64,000 nt of DNA from an uncultured delta proteobacterium (GCA_963711565.1 CAVQEQ010000002.1:96001-160000); one strand, 5' to 3'. Counted from the first letter of the stretch, positions 1 through 9,660 are shown. Notes: generated by a model from the sequence alone, not told the origin. Numbers and translations are program-made.

Positions 1-705
1 ACCACTATCCGCGTGCTGCCCGACGGCACCGGCATCGCCACCGACAATGTCAAATGGGTGATCAACCCGTTCTGCGAAATCGCCATCGAAGAGGCGCTCC
101 GCATTAAGGAGAAGCAGACCGGCGAGGTCATCCTCGTCACCGTCGGCCAGTCCACCTGGCAGGAGCAATTGCGCACCGGGCTCGCGATGGGCGCCGATCG
201 CGCGATCCTGGTCAAGACGGACACCGCGCTCGACTCGCTCGCCATCGCGCGAATCCTCGCGAAAATCGCCGGCGACGAGAAGCCCGACCTCATTATATTG
301 GGCAAGCAGGCGATCGACGACGACTCGAACCAGGTCGGCCAGATGCTGGCCGAGATGCTCGGATGGCCGCAGGCGACGTTCGCGTCCAAGGTCGAGATAA
401 CGCCCGAGAAGACGTCGGTCGTGCGCGAAGTGGACGGCGGCCTCGAGACGATCGCGTTCAAGCTGCCTGCCGTCATCACCACCGACCTGCGCCTCAACGA
501 GCCGCGCTACGCATCGCTGCCGGGAATCATGAAGGCGCGCAAGAAAGAATTGAAAGAGGTCGCGGCCGACAGCCTCGGCGTCGATCTCGCTCCCAAGCTT
601 AAGATAAAAACGATGGCTGCGCCGCCCAAGCGCCAGGCCGGGCGCAAGGTCGCGTCGGTGCAGGAGCTGGTCGCAGTCCTTCACACCGAAGCCAAGGTCA
701 TTTGA
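1..705 (+). CDS. etfB: Electron transfer flavoprotein beta subunit (5' end outside window)
   Basis: [28 protein letters not shown] and [13 protein letters not shown] motifs; frame open from base 1; precedes etfA. Confidence 0.96.
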   Translation, partial: TTIRVLPDGTGIATDNVKWVINPFCEIAIEEALRIKEKQTGEVILVTVGQSTWQEQLRTGLAMGADRAILVKTDTALDSLAIARILAKIAGDEKPDLIILGKQAIDDDSNQVGQMLAEMLGWPQATFASKVEITPEKTSVVREVDGGLETIAFKLPAVITTDLRLNEPRYASLPGIMKARKKELKEVAADSLGVDLAPKLKIKTMAAPPKRQAGRKVASVQELVAVLHTEAKVI

Positions 706-744
706 AAAACGATTCTTACGTTCACGATTCCGGAGTGAATTGAA

Positions 745-1719
745 ATGGGTGACGTTCTGATTTTCGCGGAGCATCAGGGGGGACATTTCCCCAAGACCAC
801 GCTGGTCGCCGTTCACGCGGGCCTCGACCTGGCAAAAAAGCGCGGCGGTAAGGCGATCGCGGTCGTCGCGGGCGACGCGCCCGAGGCTGCGGCGGGCGAG
901 ATCGCCAAGTACGGCGTCGCCAAGGTGATCGCGCTGGCGCATCCCGCGCTGAAGAACTATCTCGCCGACGCGCACGCGCAAGCGCTCGCGGCGCTGGCGA
1001 AAAACGAAAATGCGGAATTCGTGCTCGCGACGGCGACTGCGATGGGCAAAGACTTGTTTCCGCGGCTGGCCGCGCGCCTCGGCGCGCCGATGGCCTCGGA
1101 AATCACCGCGATCAGTGACGATCACACCTTCGTGCGTCCGACTTACGCCGGCAACGTGATGGCGACGGTCGAGCTCGACGGACCGATCAAAGTATTGACG
1201 GTGCGCGGCACCGCGTTCGATGCCGCCAAGCCGGGCGACGCCGCCGCTCCCGTCGAAAAGCAGAATGCCGAGATCGACGCGGGCGCGCTCAAGATGGAAT
1301 TCGTTTCATTCAACGCGACCAAGAGCGATCGCCCGCAGCTAACCGAGGCGCGAATAATCGTTTCGGGCGGACGCGGCCTCAAGTCGGGCGAGAACTTCAA
1401 GACCGTGCTCGAGCCGTTGGTTGACGAGATGGGCGCCGCGATGGGCGCGTCGCGCGCGGCGGTCGATGCGGGCTTCGTGCCTAACGACCTGCAAGTTGGG
1501 CAGACCGGCAAGGTCGTCGCGCCAGAACTTTACATCGCCGTTGGAATTTCAGGCGCGATTCAGCATCTGGCCGGGATGAAGGACTCGAAGGTCATCTGCG
1601 CGATCAACAAGGACGAAGAGGCGCCGATTTTCGCGGTCGCGGACTATGGTCTGGTCGCCGACTTGTTCAAAGCAGTCCCCGAGATGGCCGAGGAAATCAA
1701 AAAACTCAAGCATTCGTAG
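745..1719 (+). CDS. etfA: Electron transfer flavoprotein alpha subunit
   Basis: SGGRG, GASRAAVDAG, QVGQTGK, GISGAIQHLAGM FAD-binding motifs. Confidence 0.97.
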   Translation: MGDVLIFAEHQGGHFPKTTLVAVHAGLDLAKKRGGKAIAVVAGDAPEAAAGEIAKYGVAKVIALAHPALKNYLADAHAQALAALAKNENAEFVLATATAMGKDLFPRLAARLGAPMASEITAISDDHTFVRPTYAGNVMATVELDGPIKVLTVRGTAFDAAKPGDAAAPVEKQNAEIDAGALKMEFVSFNATKSDRPQLTEARIIVSGGRGLKSGENFKTVLEPLVDEMGAAMGASRAAVDAGFVPNDLQVGQTGKVVAPELYIAVGISGAIQHLAGMKDSKVICAINKDEEAPIFAVADYGLVADLFKAVPEMAEEIKKLKHS

Positions 1720-1800
1720 CCCGCAATCGACGCAACCACCCGTCTGCACAGCCTTCTCCACGATCTATATTTTCGTAGGAAACAATAGTAGAATCTTTGG

Positions 1801-2061
1801 ATGCAGATATCAGCTCAAATCTCCAAAGAGACCAAGGTCCGACTGGAGACCTATTCGCGCGCTCACGGGATCAAGAAACAGTTCCTGATCGAAACCGCGT
1901 TGTTGCAGTTCCTTCGCGCTCTCGACGAGCTTCCGGCCAACATCATGCTGCCTTCCCGCCTGATCGTAACAGAACGCAGTGGCCGCAGGGTGGCAAGCTT
2001 GATTTCCGGCAAGCGCAAGCCCACCCGCGCTCTCGTGGAACTTATGCGCGGTGACGATTGA
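1801..2061 (+). CDS. Ribbon-helix-helix-type antitoxin of a GNAT toxin-antitoxin pair
   Basis: 86 aa, N-terminal beta-helix-helix pattern (MQISAQISKETKVRLETYSRAHGIKKQFLIETAL); overlaps the GNAT gene. Confidence 0.7.
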   Translation: MQISAQISKETKVRLETYSRAHGIKKQFLIETALLQFLRALDELPANIMLPSRLIVTERSGRRVASLISGKRKPTRALVELMRGDD

Positions 2062-2587
2062 GATACGGCTGCTGGAGCAGGCAGACGATCGGAAATCATT
2101 TCACTCGGGCGACGCTGATCTCGACCGCTTTTTTCAGAAATATGCCTGGCAGAATCAGTTCAGGCATCATATCGGAAGTACCTATGTAGCCATTGAGCGA
2201 CACCGTGTCCTCGGTTTTATGACGCTGTCGGTCAGCAGTATCGAGTTCGAAAGCCTTCGCGCCGATCTTAAGAGAAAGCTGCCGAGATATCCCCTTCCCG
2301 TTCTAAGATTGGCGCGCCTTGCTGTCAGCCAGGACGCGCAGGGCCAAGGTATCGGACGACACCTGATGCGAGCCGCGTTTGTGATGGCAATCGATCTTCG
2401 AGAAAAGTTTGGTTGCGTCGGAGTGGTCGTCGATGCGAAGCGCGACGCCGAGAGTTTTTACTCGAGCCTTGGCTTCGAACCGCTCGAAGTGATCGAAGGT
2501 CAGATAGAAGAAAAGCCGGCGCCAACGGCGATGTTCCTGCCAATCCGCGAAGTAGCGCAGGCAATCAAGGTCGCGCCAACACGCTGA
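2051..2587 (+). CDS. GNAT acetyltransferase toxin (TacT/AtaT-like)
   Basis: FHSGDADLDRFF N-terminus, LARLAVSQDAQGQGIG acetyl-CoA motif, VVVDAK..AESFYSSLGF. Confidence 0.85.
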   Translation: MTIEIRLLEQADDRKSFHSGDADLDRFFQKYAWQNQFRHHIGSTYVAIERHRVLGFMTLSVSSIEFESLRADLKRKLPRYPLPVLRLARLAVSQDAQGQGIGRHLMRAAFVMAIDLREKFGCVGVVVDAKRDAESFYSSLGFEPLEVIEGQIEEKPAPTAMFLPIREVAQAIKVAPTR

Positions 2588-2643
2588 TTCACGTTGGCAC
2601 CATTGGCAATCCCGTGTAGATTCCGGGACAGAGGAACCTCCCC

Positions 2644-3603
2644 ATGTCCGACCTTCAACACAAATTCGTCAACACTAACGGCATCCGGATGCATTACGTC
2701 GAGCAGGGCGCGGGGCCGCTCGTCGTGCTGTGCCATGGATGGCCCGAGTCATGGTACTCGTGGCGGCATCAGATTCCCGCGCTCGCGGCGGCGGGCTTTC
2801 GTGTCGTCGCGCCCGACCAACGCGGCTACGGCCAGACCGACGCGCCGGCGCCGATCGAGTCGTACAACATCCTGAACCTGGTCGGCGATATCGTCGGGCT
2901 GGTCAACAGCCTCGGTGTCGAGTCGGCGGTGATAGCAGGTCACGATTGGGGCGCGCCGGTGGCGTGGAACTCGGCGCTGCTGCGTCCCGATATCTTTCGC
3001 GCGATCGCGTTGCTGAGCGTTCCGTATCTTCCGCGCGGTCCCATCCGTCCGACCGACGGGATGAAGATGCTCGCCGGCGATCAGCATTTCTACCAGCTCT
3101 ATTTCCAGGAGCCGGGCAAGGTCGAGAAGGAACTCGACGCCGACCCGCGCCGCTCGATGGCGATGGTCCTCTATTCCGCGTCGGGCGACGCACCGCGCGA
3201 CGGTGAGTTCTCGTTCCTGTTCCCCAAGACGAAAAAGTTCATCGAGACCGGGATGGTGCCCGACAAGCTGCCGCCGTGGCTGACGGAAGCCGATCTCGAT
3301 TTCTTTGCGGGCGAGTTCAAGCGTGCGGGCTTTCGTGGAGGCGTCAACTGGTATCGCAACGCCGATCGCAACTGGGAGCTGACGCCTTTCCTCGACGGCG
3401 CCAGGCTGCGCCAGCCCGCAGTGTTCGTCGCCGGCGAGCATGACGTGGTCGGCAAAATGATCCCCGGCGGCTATGAGTTGGCGGGCGCCTTCACTCCGAA
3501 TCTGAACAAGAAAGTGATAGTCCCCGGCGCCGGCCATTGGATCCAGCAAGAACGGCCCAAAGCGACCAACGAAGTCCTGATCGAGTTCCTGAAGAGTCTG
3601 TAG
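2644..3603 (+). CDS. Alpha/beta hydrolase, soluble epoxide hydrolase (EphA-like)
   Basis: HGWPE, GHDWGA nucleophile motif, NWYRN, GHWIQQE. Confidence 0.92.
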   Translation: MSDLQHKFVNTNGIRMHYVEQGAGPLVVLCHGWPESWYSWRHQIPALAAAGFRVVAPDQRGYGQTDAPAPIESYNILNLVGDIVGLVNSLGVESAVIAGHDWGAPVAWNSALLRPDIFRAIALLSVPYLPRGPIRPTDGMKMLAGDQHFYQLYFQEPGKVEKELDADPRRSMAMVLYSASGDAPRDGEFSFLFPKTKKFIETGMVPDKLPPWLTEADLDFFAGEFKRAGFRGGVNWYRNADRNWELTPFLDGARLRQPAVFVAGEHDVVGKMIPGGYELAGAFTPNLNKKVIVPGAGHWIQQERPKATNEVLIEFLKSL

Positions 3604-3665
3604 TAAAACTTCTCCGTGGATTTCACCCTTCCTTGAGCAGGGGTAAGTCCTGCACTAGGCGGGGT

Positions 3666-3782
3666 CGAACCGAGCGCGTATACGTATTCATCGGGACGAA
3701 GGCCGCCCTGCAGCAGGCGGTCCGCAATCAAGACAAACGCAAACGCCTAAGCCGCCTCGCCGAACGTCTGCGAATCGACTGA
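3666..3782 (+). pseudogene. 3' stub resembling the C-terminus of a RecD2-type helicase
   Basis: RTERVYVFIGTKAALQQAVRNQDKRKRLSRLAERLRID* matches my recollection of the RecD2 tail (TRxxxLxVxxGxxxAxxxAVxN..R.xxLxxRL); no start or upstream domains. Confidence 0.55.
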
Positions 3783-3873
3783 GAGCCTCGTTGACTGCCT
3801 GTCGATGCAGGTTTAGCATTCGTCGAGTTGTAAAAGTTGAGTTTAGTTCTAGCTGACATGAAAGACAGGCAAA

Positions 3874-4344
3874 ATGAAGCGAAAAGCTAAGTGCAATATA
3901 TTTCTGCTGGCGGCAGCTGCGGCGATGCTGAACAGCTCATGCGCGACCCTCTTCAGCAGCGATAGCTCGGTGGTGCAGCTCAATTCCAATCCACTTGGGG
4001 CAACCTATACCTACGGTCCGTTCTCTGGAAAGACACCCGACTCAATCGCAGTGCCGAAAAAGGAAATCACCGGCTACGCGACCTTCGCGATGAATGGCTA
4101 TGAATCGCGGACGGTGCCGGTTCCTACCGGGATCACCGGCGTCTTCTGGGTCAATATCCTGTTCTGGCCCGGGATGATCGTCGATGTGGTTACGGGCGAC
4201 TATCAGACTATCAAGGTGCCCACGATTACCGCTGACCTCACTCCAGTTGCGCCTGGCGCCGCGGCTCCGGCGTCCACAGGCGGTGTTCCAGCGATACCTG
4301 CCCCTGCGCCGAGCGCTGCGCCGACGCCCGCGCCGCAGGGGTAG
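3874..4344 (+). CDS. Lipoprotein with PEGA-like domain and Pro/Ala-rich tail
   Basis: Lipobox LNSSC, SNPLGAT motif, hydrophobic FWVNILFWPGMIVDVVTG segment. Confidence 0.75.
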   Translation: MKRKAKCNIFLLAAAAAMLNSSCATLFSSDSSVVQLNSNPLGATYTYGPFSGKTPDSIAVPKKEITGYATFAMNGYESRTVPVPTGITGVFWVNILFWPGMIVDVVTGDYQTIKVPTITADLTPVAPGAAAPASTGGVPAIPAPAPSAAPTPAPQG

Positions 4345-4363
4345 GAGCGATCTCTGTGCGCGA

Positions 4364-4590
4364 TCATCGCGGTATCGAGTCCCACAGATCGCGGCGATGA
4401 ATCTTCGCGAAGTCCGATTGGTATCCGATCGCGTCCGGAGCCGGCGACAGGACTTGGTGATCGGTTGCGCTATAGCGGGTCCATTGCGGCAATCCGCCGG
4501 GATTGCCGGACGTGATGAATCCGATCCAATAGCCCATTATCGCGTCGGAGAGCTTTTGCTGTACGGCCGATGCAGCGCCGTTGGCCGCGA
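4364..4590 (-). pseudogene. 3' stub of a type B carboxylesterase (PnbA-like)
   Basis: Minus-strand translation QQKLSDAIMGYWIGFITSGNPGGLPQWTRYSATDHQVLS...DFAKIHRRDLWDSIPR*; in-frame stop at 4616-4618 upstream; not in ORF track. Confidence 0.7.
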
Positions 4591-4699
4591 TGCGATGGGT
4601 TCCGCACTTCCTGGCTCACGGGTGACTCCTGCCCCCGGTGTTAAGAAAAAGAGGCGGGACTTGCCTGCCCGGCCGTGCATTTTTGTGTCATCTTGAGCC

Positions 4700-5995
4700 A
4701 TGCGGCTGACCGGCCTAATCACTTTTCTGTTCGTAGCTGCGATGCTCGTTGCTGGCAGCGTCGAGGTGCGCGCGCAGGTCGCTGCTTCGCCGTCGCCGGC
4801 CGTGTCGCCCATTCCCGAAGCCGCCGCGGAACTGAAGCCCGGGACGATTATTGGCGCCGACAATGTCGATCAGTACGCGCGCTATGTTCCGGCCGCGGCG
4901 AAATTTGCGGTCGCGCACGGGTTCAAGATGCGCGTTTTACCCGAGCGGCGCGTTGAATGGTCGCAGGGCTTTCAGCACGCCACAGAGAAATATGCCGCGC
5001 AGGTCACGCTCGACAAAGACGACTACGTTAAGAACTACGTCGCCGGCATGCCGTTTCCACTGGTGGACGCGACCGATCCGAAGGCAGCCGTGAAGATTGC
5101 TTACAACTGGCACATGGGACCGTTCATGCCGGACGATTTTTCCATTGCGCCGTGGAGCAGCAACGCGTACGGGGCCGATCCCGCCAACCCGCTGAAGATC
5201 GTTCCAGACAGCAACGCCGACTACGGCTGCGAGCAGTTCGAGTTCCTGCGCTTTGCCCATCGCACGGACGTCGATCCCCGCCCGACGCTTGGCGACAACT
5301 CGATGGGCGTCGAGTGGAAGGCGCGATGCACCCGCTGGATGACCGACATTACCGGCACTCCGAGCGAGGGCGCCGGCATCTGGGTTCGTTACCTCGACCC
5401 GAAGCAACCCGACGAGTTCTTCTCATTCAGCGAGGAGACGCGCCGCGTCCGGCACATGGCGGTGAACCTGGCCTATCCAGGCGAGAACTGCCGCGGATGC
5501 CATCAGCCCTATTGGGCCTACGCGCTGCCCAAGACCGAGAACTATGAGTATCGATTGCTCGGCACCACAACGCTCTTGGCATGCCTTGCGGCCGACGATG
5601 AACCGGCGGGATTTAAGACCGGCGCCGACGGCTTGACCCTGGGTGAGGAGCCGTTCGAGCTGCGTCACGCGTACATTCTCGAGATGCGGCCGCGATATCC
5701 CGAAAGCGGATCGTCGGCTCAACGGACGATCGTCTATATCGACAGCGAAGTGTACGTCTGGTTGGCCGCGGAGTTCTACAACGCGAGCGGCCTGACGGCG
5801 ACGGCGATGCCGCTGTGGCGGATGCGGCCGTCGTCGGAGGGCGGCAGCCTGTTCGATCTCGCCGGCAGTTTTTATCATCGCGAGGATACTGGCTCGCTCT
5901 TCCGCTCGCTGGTTCCAGCGCACAACGAATTCAATCAGGTGATCAACAGCGGCAACGTCACCGAAGGCACGTTCAATCCGCTGATGATGCACTGA
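4700..5995 (+). CDS. DUF1329-family secreted protein
   Basis: Signal peptide; ATEKY, NYVAGMPFP..DP..AVKIAYN and YIDSE motifs; contains CRGCH. Confidence 0.8.
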   Translation: MRLTGLITFLFVAAMLVAGSVEVRAQVAASPSPAVSPIPEAAAELKPGTIIGADNVDQYARYVPAAAKFAVAHGFKMRVLPERRVEWSQGFQHATEKYAAQVTLDKDDYVKNYVAGMPFPLVDATDPKAAVKIAYNWHMGPFMPDDFSIAPWSSNAYGADPANPLKIVPDSNADYGCEQFEFLRFAHRTDVDPRPTLGDNSMGVEWKARCTRWMTDITGTPSEGAGIWVRYLDPKQPDEFFSFSEETRRVRHMAVNLAYPGENCRGCHQPYWAYALPKTENYEYRLLGTTTLLACLAADDEPAGFKTGADGLTLGEEPFELRHAYILEMRPRYPESGSSAQRTIVYIDSEVYVWLAAEFYNASGLTATAMPLWRMRPSSEGGSLFDLAGSFYHREDTGSLFRSLVPAHNEFNQVINSGNVTEGTFNPLMMH

Positions 5996-6124
5996 GGGCG
6001 GCGGCGTTTTCTCTGAATTTTCGATGTGTGACCGCCAGTCGAATTGTCGCGCGAAAATTCCCACTTGCCGCAACTCCGTCCCACCTATATAGCTCGGTTA
6101 GTACAAGTGGGGGGTTGCAGTGGT

Positions 6125-6394
6125 ATGCCGTACAAATATCCGTTTGATTCAGCCAGCGAAGAGCTGAAGCTGAGCGTATGGGCGAAGGGTAAGATAGCCG
6201 AGGGATACAACGGCAACTTCTATCGCCGCGATGCATTCGGCACCTGGATGCAGTACACCGCGCACGGCGATACGCTGTCTTACTTCGGTTGGGAGATCGA
6301 TCATATCCAGCCGCTCGAAAAAGGCGGGACCGACGACATCTCGAATCTTCAACCGCTCCAGTGGCAGAACCACCGCCGCAAGAATGGCTACTAA
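6125..6394 (+). CDS. Small HNH endonuclease
   Basis: WEIDHIQP..GG.DD..NLQPLQWQN; ATG 6125 preferred over the TTG of the ORF track. Confidence 0.85.
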   Translation: MPYKYPFDSASEELKLSVWAKGKIAEGYNGNFYRRDAFGTWMQYTAHGDTLSYFGWEIDHIQPLEKGGTDDISNLQPLQWQNHRRKNGY

Positions 6395-6479
6395 CCATCC
6401 GTTTCGCACGATGGACAACGTCACCGTCACCCCCCATCTGGGATACGTGACGCGCGAGTCGCTGACGGCGGCGAGGTAA
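6393..6479 (+). pseudogene. Fragment of a D-2-hydroxyacid dehydrogenase (near C-terminus)
   Basis: NHPFRTMDNVTVTPHLGYVTRE includes the catalytic TPH motif; no upstream coding part. Confidence 0.75.
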
Positions 6480-6534
6480 GACAGGTTGATTCGCGCCAAC
6501 TGCGCAGTTATTTTCAATTTCATCTTTGACAGAA

Positions 6535-6636
6535 GAGGCTAAGGGTTTGCGGAAGTAACTACTCCATCGTTCGTGTCTTCGGACAACCGCTCGCGCGAAT
6601 ATTTTTGCGCGCGCTCATTTTGGTGGAGCAGTTACT
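6535..6636 (+). promoter_or_regulatory. Candidate translational attenuator: micro-uORF plus RBS-sequestering stem
   Basis: GAGG 6535-6538, TTG CGG AAG TAA 6547-6558; AGTAACTACTCCATC (6554-6568) pairs with GGTGGAGCAGTTACT (6622-6636), which contains the ABC-F RBS. Confidence 0.55.
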
Positions 6637-8145
6637 ATGTTCGTGCGACTTTCAGGTCTCTCTTTTTCATATAGCGATTCCGTTTCCACTCTTAACAACG
6701 TCATGCTTACGCTCGCGACCGGATGGACCGGAGTGGTCGGGCCCAACGGCAGTGGCAAGACTACTCTGCTGCGGCTGATCGCGGGCGAGCTGGCGCCTGC
6801 GGCCGGCCATGTCAATCTCGATCCGCCGCGCGGCGTGATTCGCGCGTGTGCGCAGACCGTCGAGGCGATGACGCCCGAGATTGCCGCGTTTGCGCGCGCG
6901 ACCGACGGCGTCGCGCGCCGAATCCACGGCGAGTTGCGCCTCGACGCCGCTTCACTTGCGCGATGGCCGACGTTGTCGCCAGGCGAGCGCAAGCGATGGC
7001 AGGTCGGTGCAGCGCTCGGCGCGGAACCTGCCGTGCTGATGCTCGACGAACCGACCGACCATCTTGATGTAGAAGCGCGCGAGCTGCTGATCGCGGGCCT
7101 CCAGCGCTTTCGCGGCGTTGGAATAATCGTCTCGCATGATCGCGCGCTGCTCGATCGAATCACTCGGTACACGGTGCGTGTCCACGACGGCGCGGCGCGC
7201 ATCTGGCGCGGCGGCTACTCCGACGCGAAGGTCGCGTGGGAGGCCGCGGAGCGCGAGCATCACGCGGAGTACGAGCGGCTGAAGCATCAGCGCGAGAACC
7301 TCGCGCGGCGGCTCGCCGACAAACGGCGCCTCGCAATGTCGGCCGAAGCCGAGGCAAACGCCGGCACGCGCAAGCGGATGAAGTTCCGCGGCGATCACGA
7401 CGCCACCAGCGCGCGGGCGAAGGGCAAGGCGCGGATGGCGTCGGAAAGAATCTCGCGCGACGCGGCGGTGCTGCGAGCGAGCGTCGATCGCGTGTCGAAC
7501 AAGCTCGGCGAGTACAAGTTCCGCAAAGCGAAGGGACGCTCGATCTTCGTTGACTACGTCCCGGCGCCCGTGGCGAAAGTCTTCACGCTCGACCAGGCAG
7601 CGATATGCGCGGGCGATGCGCCAATCCTCGAAGACGTGCATCTCGCGGTGCTGCGCGACGCGAAGATTCGCGTCGCCGGCCCGAATGGAATCGGCAAGAC
7701 TACCTTCCTGGCCGCGATGATCCGCGGCGCGCATGTCGCCTTGTCGCGTATTCTCTACCTGCCGCAGGAACTCACCGCGCGCGATGGGATCGCGATGCTC
7801 GACGCGGTCCGCGCGCTCAACCATGGCGATCGCGGGCGCGTGCTCACCCTGGTCGCGTCGCTCGGAATCGATCCCGACAGGTTGCTCGAGTCTGCGTCGC
7901 CGAGTCCCGGCGAAGCGCGCAAGCTCGCGATGGCGTACGGTCTCGGGCGGCAGGTGTGGGCGATGGTGCTCGACGAGCCGACCAACCATCTCGACATGCC
8001 GGCGATCGAACGGCTCGAGGAAGCGCTGGTGGAGTATCCGGGCGCGATGGTGATCGTGACGCATGACGACGCACTGGCCAAGCGTTGCACAAGCATCGAG
8101 TGGCGGCTGGAAGGGGGGAGGGTCGAGGTGAGATCTCCTTGCTAG
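6637..8145 (+). CDS. ABC-F family ribosome-associated ATPase with long interdomain linker
   Basis: Two ABC domains (GPNGSGKT/LDEPTDHLD; GPNGIGKT/LDEPTNHLD), no TM segments, basic helical linker. Confidence 0.9.
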   Translation: MFVRLSGLSFSYSDSVSTLNNVMLTLATGWTGVVGPNGSGKTTLLRLIAGELAPAAGHVNLDPPRGVIRACAQTVEAMTPEIAAFARATDGVARRIHGELRLDAASLARWPTLSPGERKRWQVGAALGAEPAVLMLDEPTDHLDVEARELLIAGLQRFRGVGIIVSHDRALLDRITRYTVRVHDGAARIWRGGYSDAKVAWEAAEREHHAEYERLKHQRENLARRLADKRRLAMSAEAEANAGTRKRMKFRGDHDATSARAKGKARMASERISRDAAVLRASVDRVSNKLGEYKFRKAKGRSIFVDYVPAPVAKVFTLDQAAICAGDAPILEDVHLAVLRDAKIRVAGPNGIGKTTFLAAMIRGAHVALSRILYLPQELTARDGIAMLDAVRALNHGDRGRVLTLVASLGIDPDRLLESASPSPGEARKLAMAYGLGRQVWAMVLDEPTNHLDMPAIERLEEALVEYPGAMVIVTHDDALAKRCTSIEWRLEGGRVEVRSPC

Positions 8146-8246
8146 CCGCTCGCGCTCAGGAGAGTTCCGCGTAGCGTCGGAGGTGCTGCAGAGAACAATC
8201 ACCTGCGCGGCGGGGGAAGATGCGGGGCTCCTCGCCCCGCGCCCTC

Positions 8247-8310
8247 GGCAGGGGTGACCCCTGCACCCACTGTGAAGCGCAAAGTTGCGCGCAGCGCGCT
8301 ACTTTGCGCT
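8247..8310. repeat. 64-bp two-hairpin intergenic repeat, copy 1
   Basis: 57/64 identical to 14309-14372; both lie between convergent genes. Confidence 0.85.
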
Positions 8311-8457
8311 CAGACGCGGTGGCTCTCGATTGCAGGGCGAGGAGAAGAAGTGCGCGCGTGTTATGGGCGTTGGCGAGGAAGAGATCATCCGGCTGCTCGA
8401 CGAGAACTCCCGCGCAATCCTGTCGTGAAGGGTTGAGGGTTATGCCGAGTGGCGGCG

Positions 8458-9660
8458 TCAGGCGATCACACCGTTGGTGCGTAATCGCTTCAGATCATCC
8501 TGCGAATACCCATTTGCGGCGAGCACTTCATCCGTGTGCTCGCCAACTAGCGGGGGGCGGGTGATTTTGCCGGGGGTCGATTCCAGCTTGGCGGCCAGGC
8601 CCGTCGTTAGAAATTCGCCGAGTTGAGGATGCGGCAGCTTCAGCAGCATCTCGCGGGCGGCGGTTTGCGGATGCTTGAACATTTCTTCGATGGTGAGAAT
8701 CGGGCCTGCCGGGATGCCCTCGCGGTTCAGCACTTGAATCCAATGATCGGCGGTTTGCGGCGCTAGCGCGAGATTGATCTCCTCGGTCAGGGCGGCGCGA
8801 TTTTTTACGCGGCGGCCGCTGCTTTTGAATCGATCGTCGTCGGCCAGCTCGGGGCGTGCAATCACTTTGACGAACTTTTGCCACATCGCCTCGCTGCCGC
8901 ATGCGATATTGAACGGGCGGTCGGACGCCTTGAAGACACCGTACGGCGACGACAGCGGATGATTGTTGCCGGCAGGCGCGGGCGTCACCCCGGTCTCGAA
9001 ATAAATGCCGGCCGACCAGGTCAGGATGCTGACGATGGATTCGAGCAGCGAGGTCTCGACGCGCTGGCCGCGGCCGTCGCGATGGCGCGCTTGGAGTGCG
9101 AGCAGGATGCCGTTGGCGGAGAGGATTCCCGCGAGCAGATCGCAGATGGCGATGCCGACGCGGGTCGGGCCGCTCTCGACGGTGCCGGTCACGCTCATCA
9201 GACCGGACATTCCCTGCGCGATTTGATCGAAGCCGGGGAAATCGCGCAGCGGGCCGGTCGAGCCGAAGCCCGAGATGGAGCATGTGATGATGCGCGGATT
9301 GCGCGCGGCGAGGGATGCGTAATCGAGGCCGAGCGCATCCATCACGCCGGGGCGGAAGTTATCGACGACGATGTCGGCGGCGTCGATCAGGCGCATCAGG
9401 ATTGCGCGGCCTTCGGTGTTTTTGATGTCGAGGCGGACGCTTTTTTTGGAGCGGTTGGTGGACAGGAAGAAGTAGGTGTCGGGGCCTTTGCCGCCGCCGA
9501 GTTCGCCGCGCGGATTTTCGACGGGCTCGATTTTGAGGATTTCAGCGCCGTAGTCGCCGAGGATTTGGGTGCAGAACGGACCGGCGAGGTAGCGGGTGAG
9601 ATCGACGACCTTGATGCCGGCGAGCGGCGGTGGTTGTGGCTGCGATTGTGATTTGGACAT
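8458..9660 (-). CDS. Family III CoA transferase (CaiB/BaiF)
   Basis: LAGPFCTQILGDYGAEILKIE, NRSKKS, DNFRPG, PGFDQIAQGMSGLM. Confidence 0.95.
   Translation of the reverse strand: MSKSQSQPQPPPLAGIKVVDLTRYLAGPFCTQILGDYGAEILKIEPVENPRGELGGGKGPDTYFFLSTNRSKKSVRLDIKNTEGRAILMRLIDAADIVVDNFRPGVMDALGLDYASLAARNPRIITCSISGFGSTGPLRDFPGFDQIAQGMSGLMSVTGTVESGPTRVGIAICDLLAGILSANGILLALQARHRDGRGQRVETSLLESIVSILTWSAGIYFETGVTPAPAGNNHPLSSPYGVFKASDRPFNIACGSEAMWQKFVKVIARPELADDDRFKSSGRRVKNRAALTEEINLALAPQTADHWIQVLNREGIPAGPILTIEEMFKHPQTAAREMLLKLPHPQLGEFLTTGLAAKLESTPGKITRPPLVGEHTDEVLAANGYSQDDLKRLRTNGVIA

Noticed and set aside
2596-2611. TGGCAC upstream of the epoxide hydrolase as a sigma54 promoter
   Set aside because: No GC at the -12 position with correct spacing
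4341-4392. GTAGGAGCGA...TCCCAC resembling a REP doublet
   Set aside because: Poor palindrome and mostly explained by the carboxylesterase stub on the minus strand
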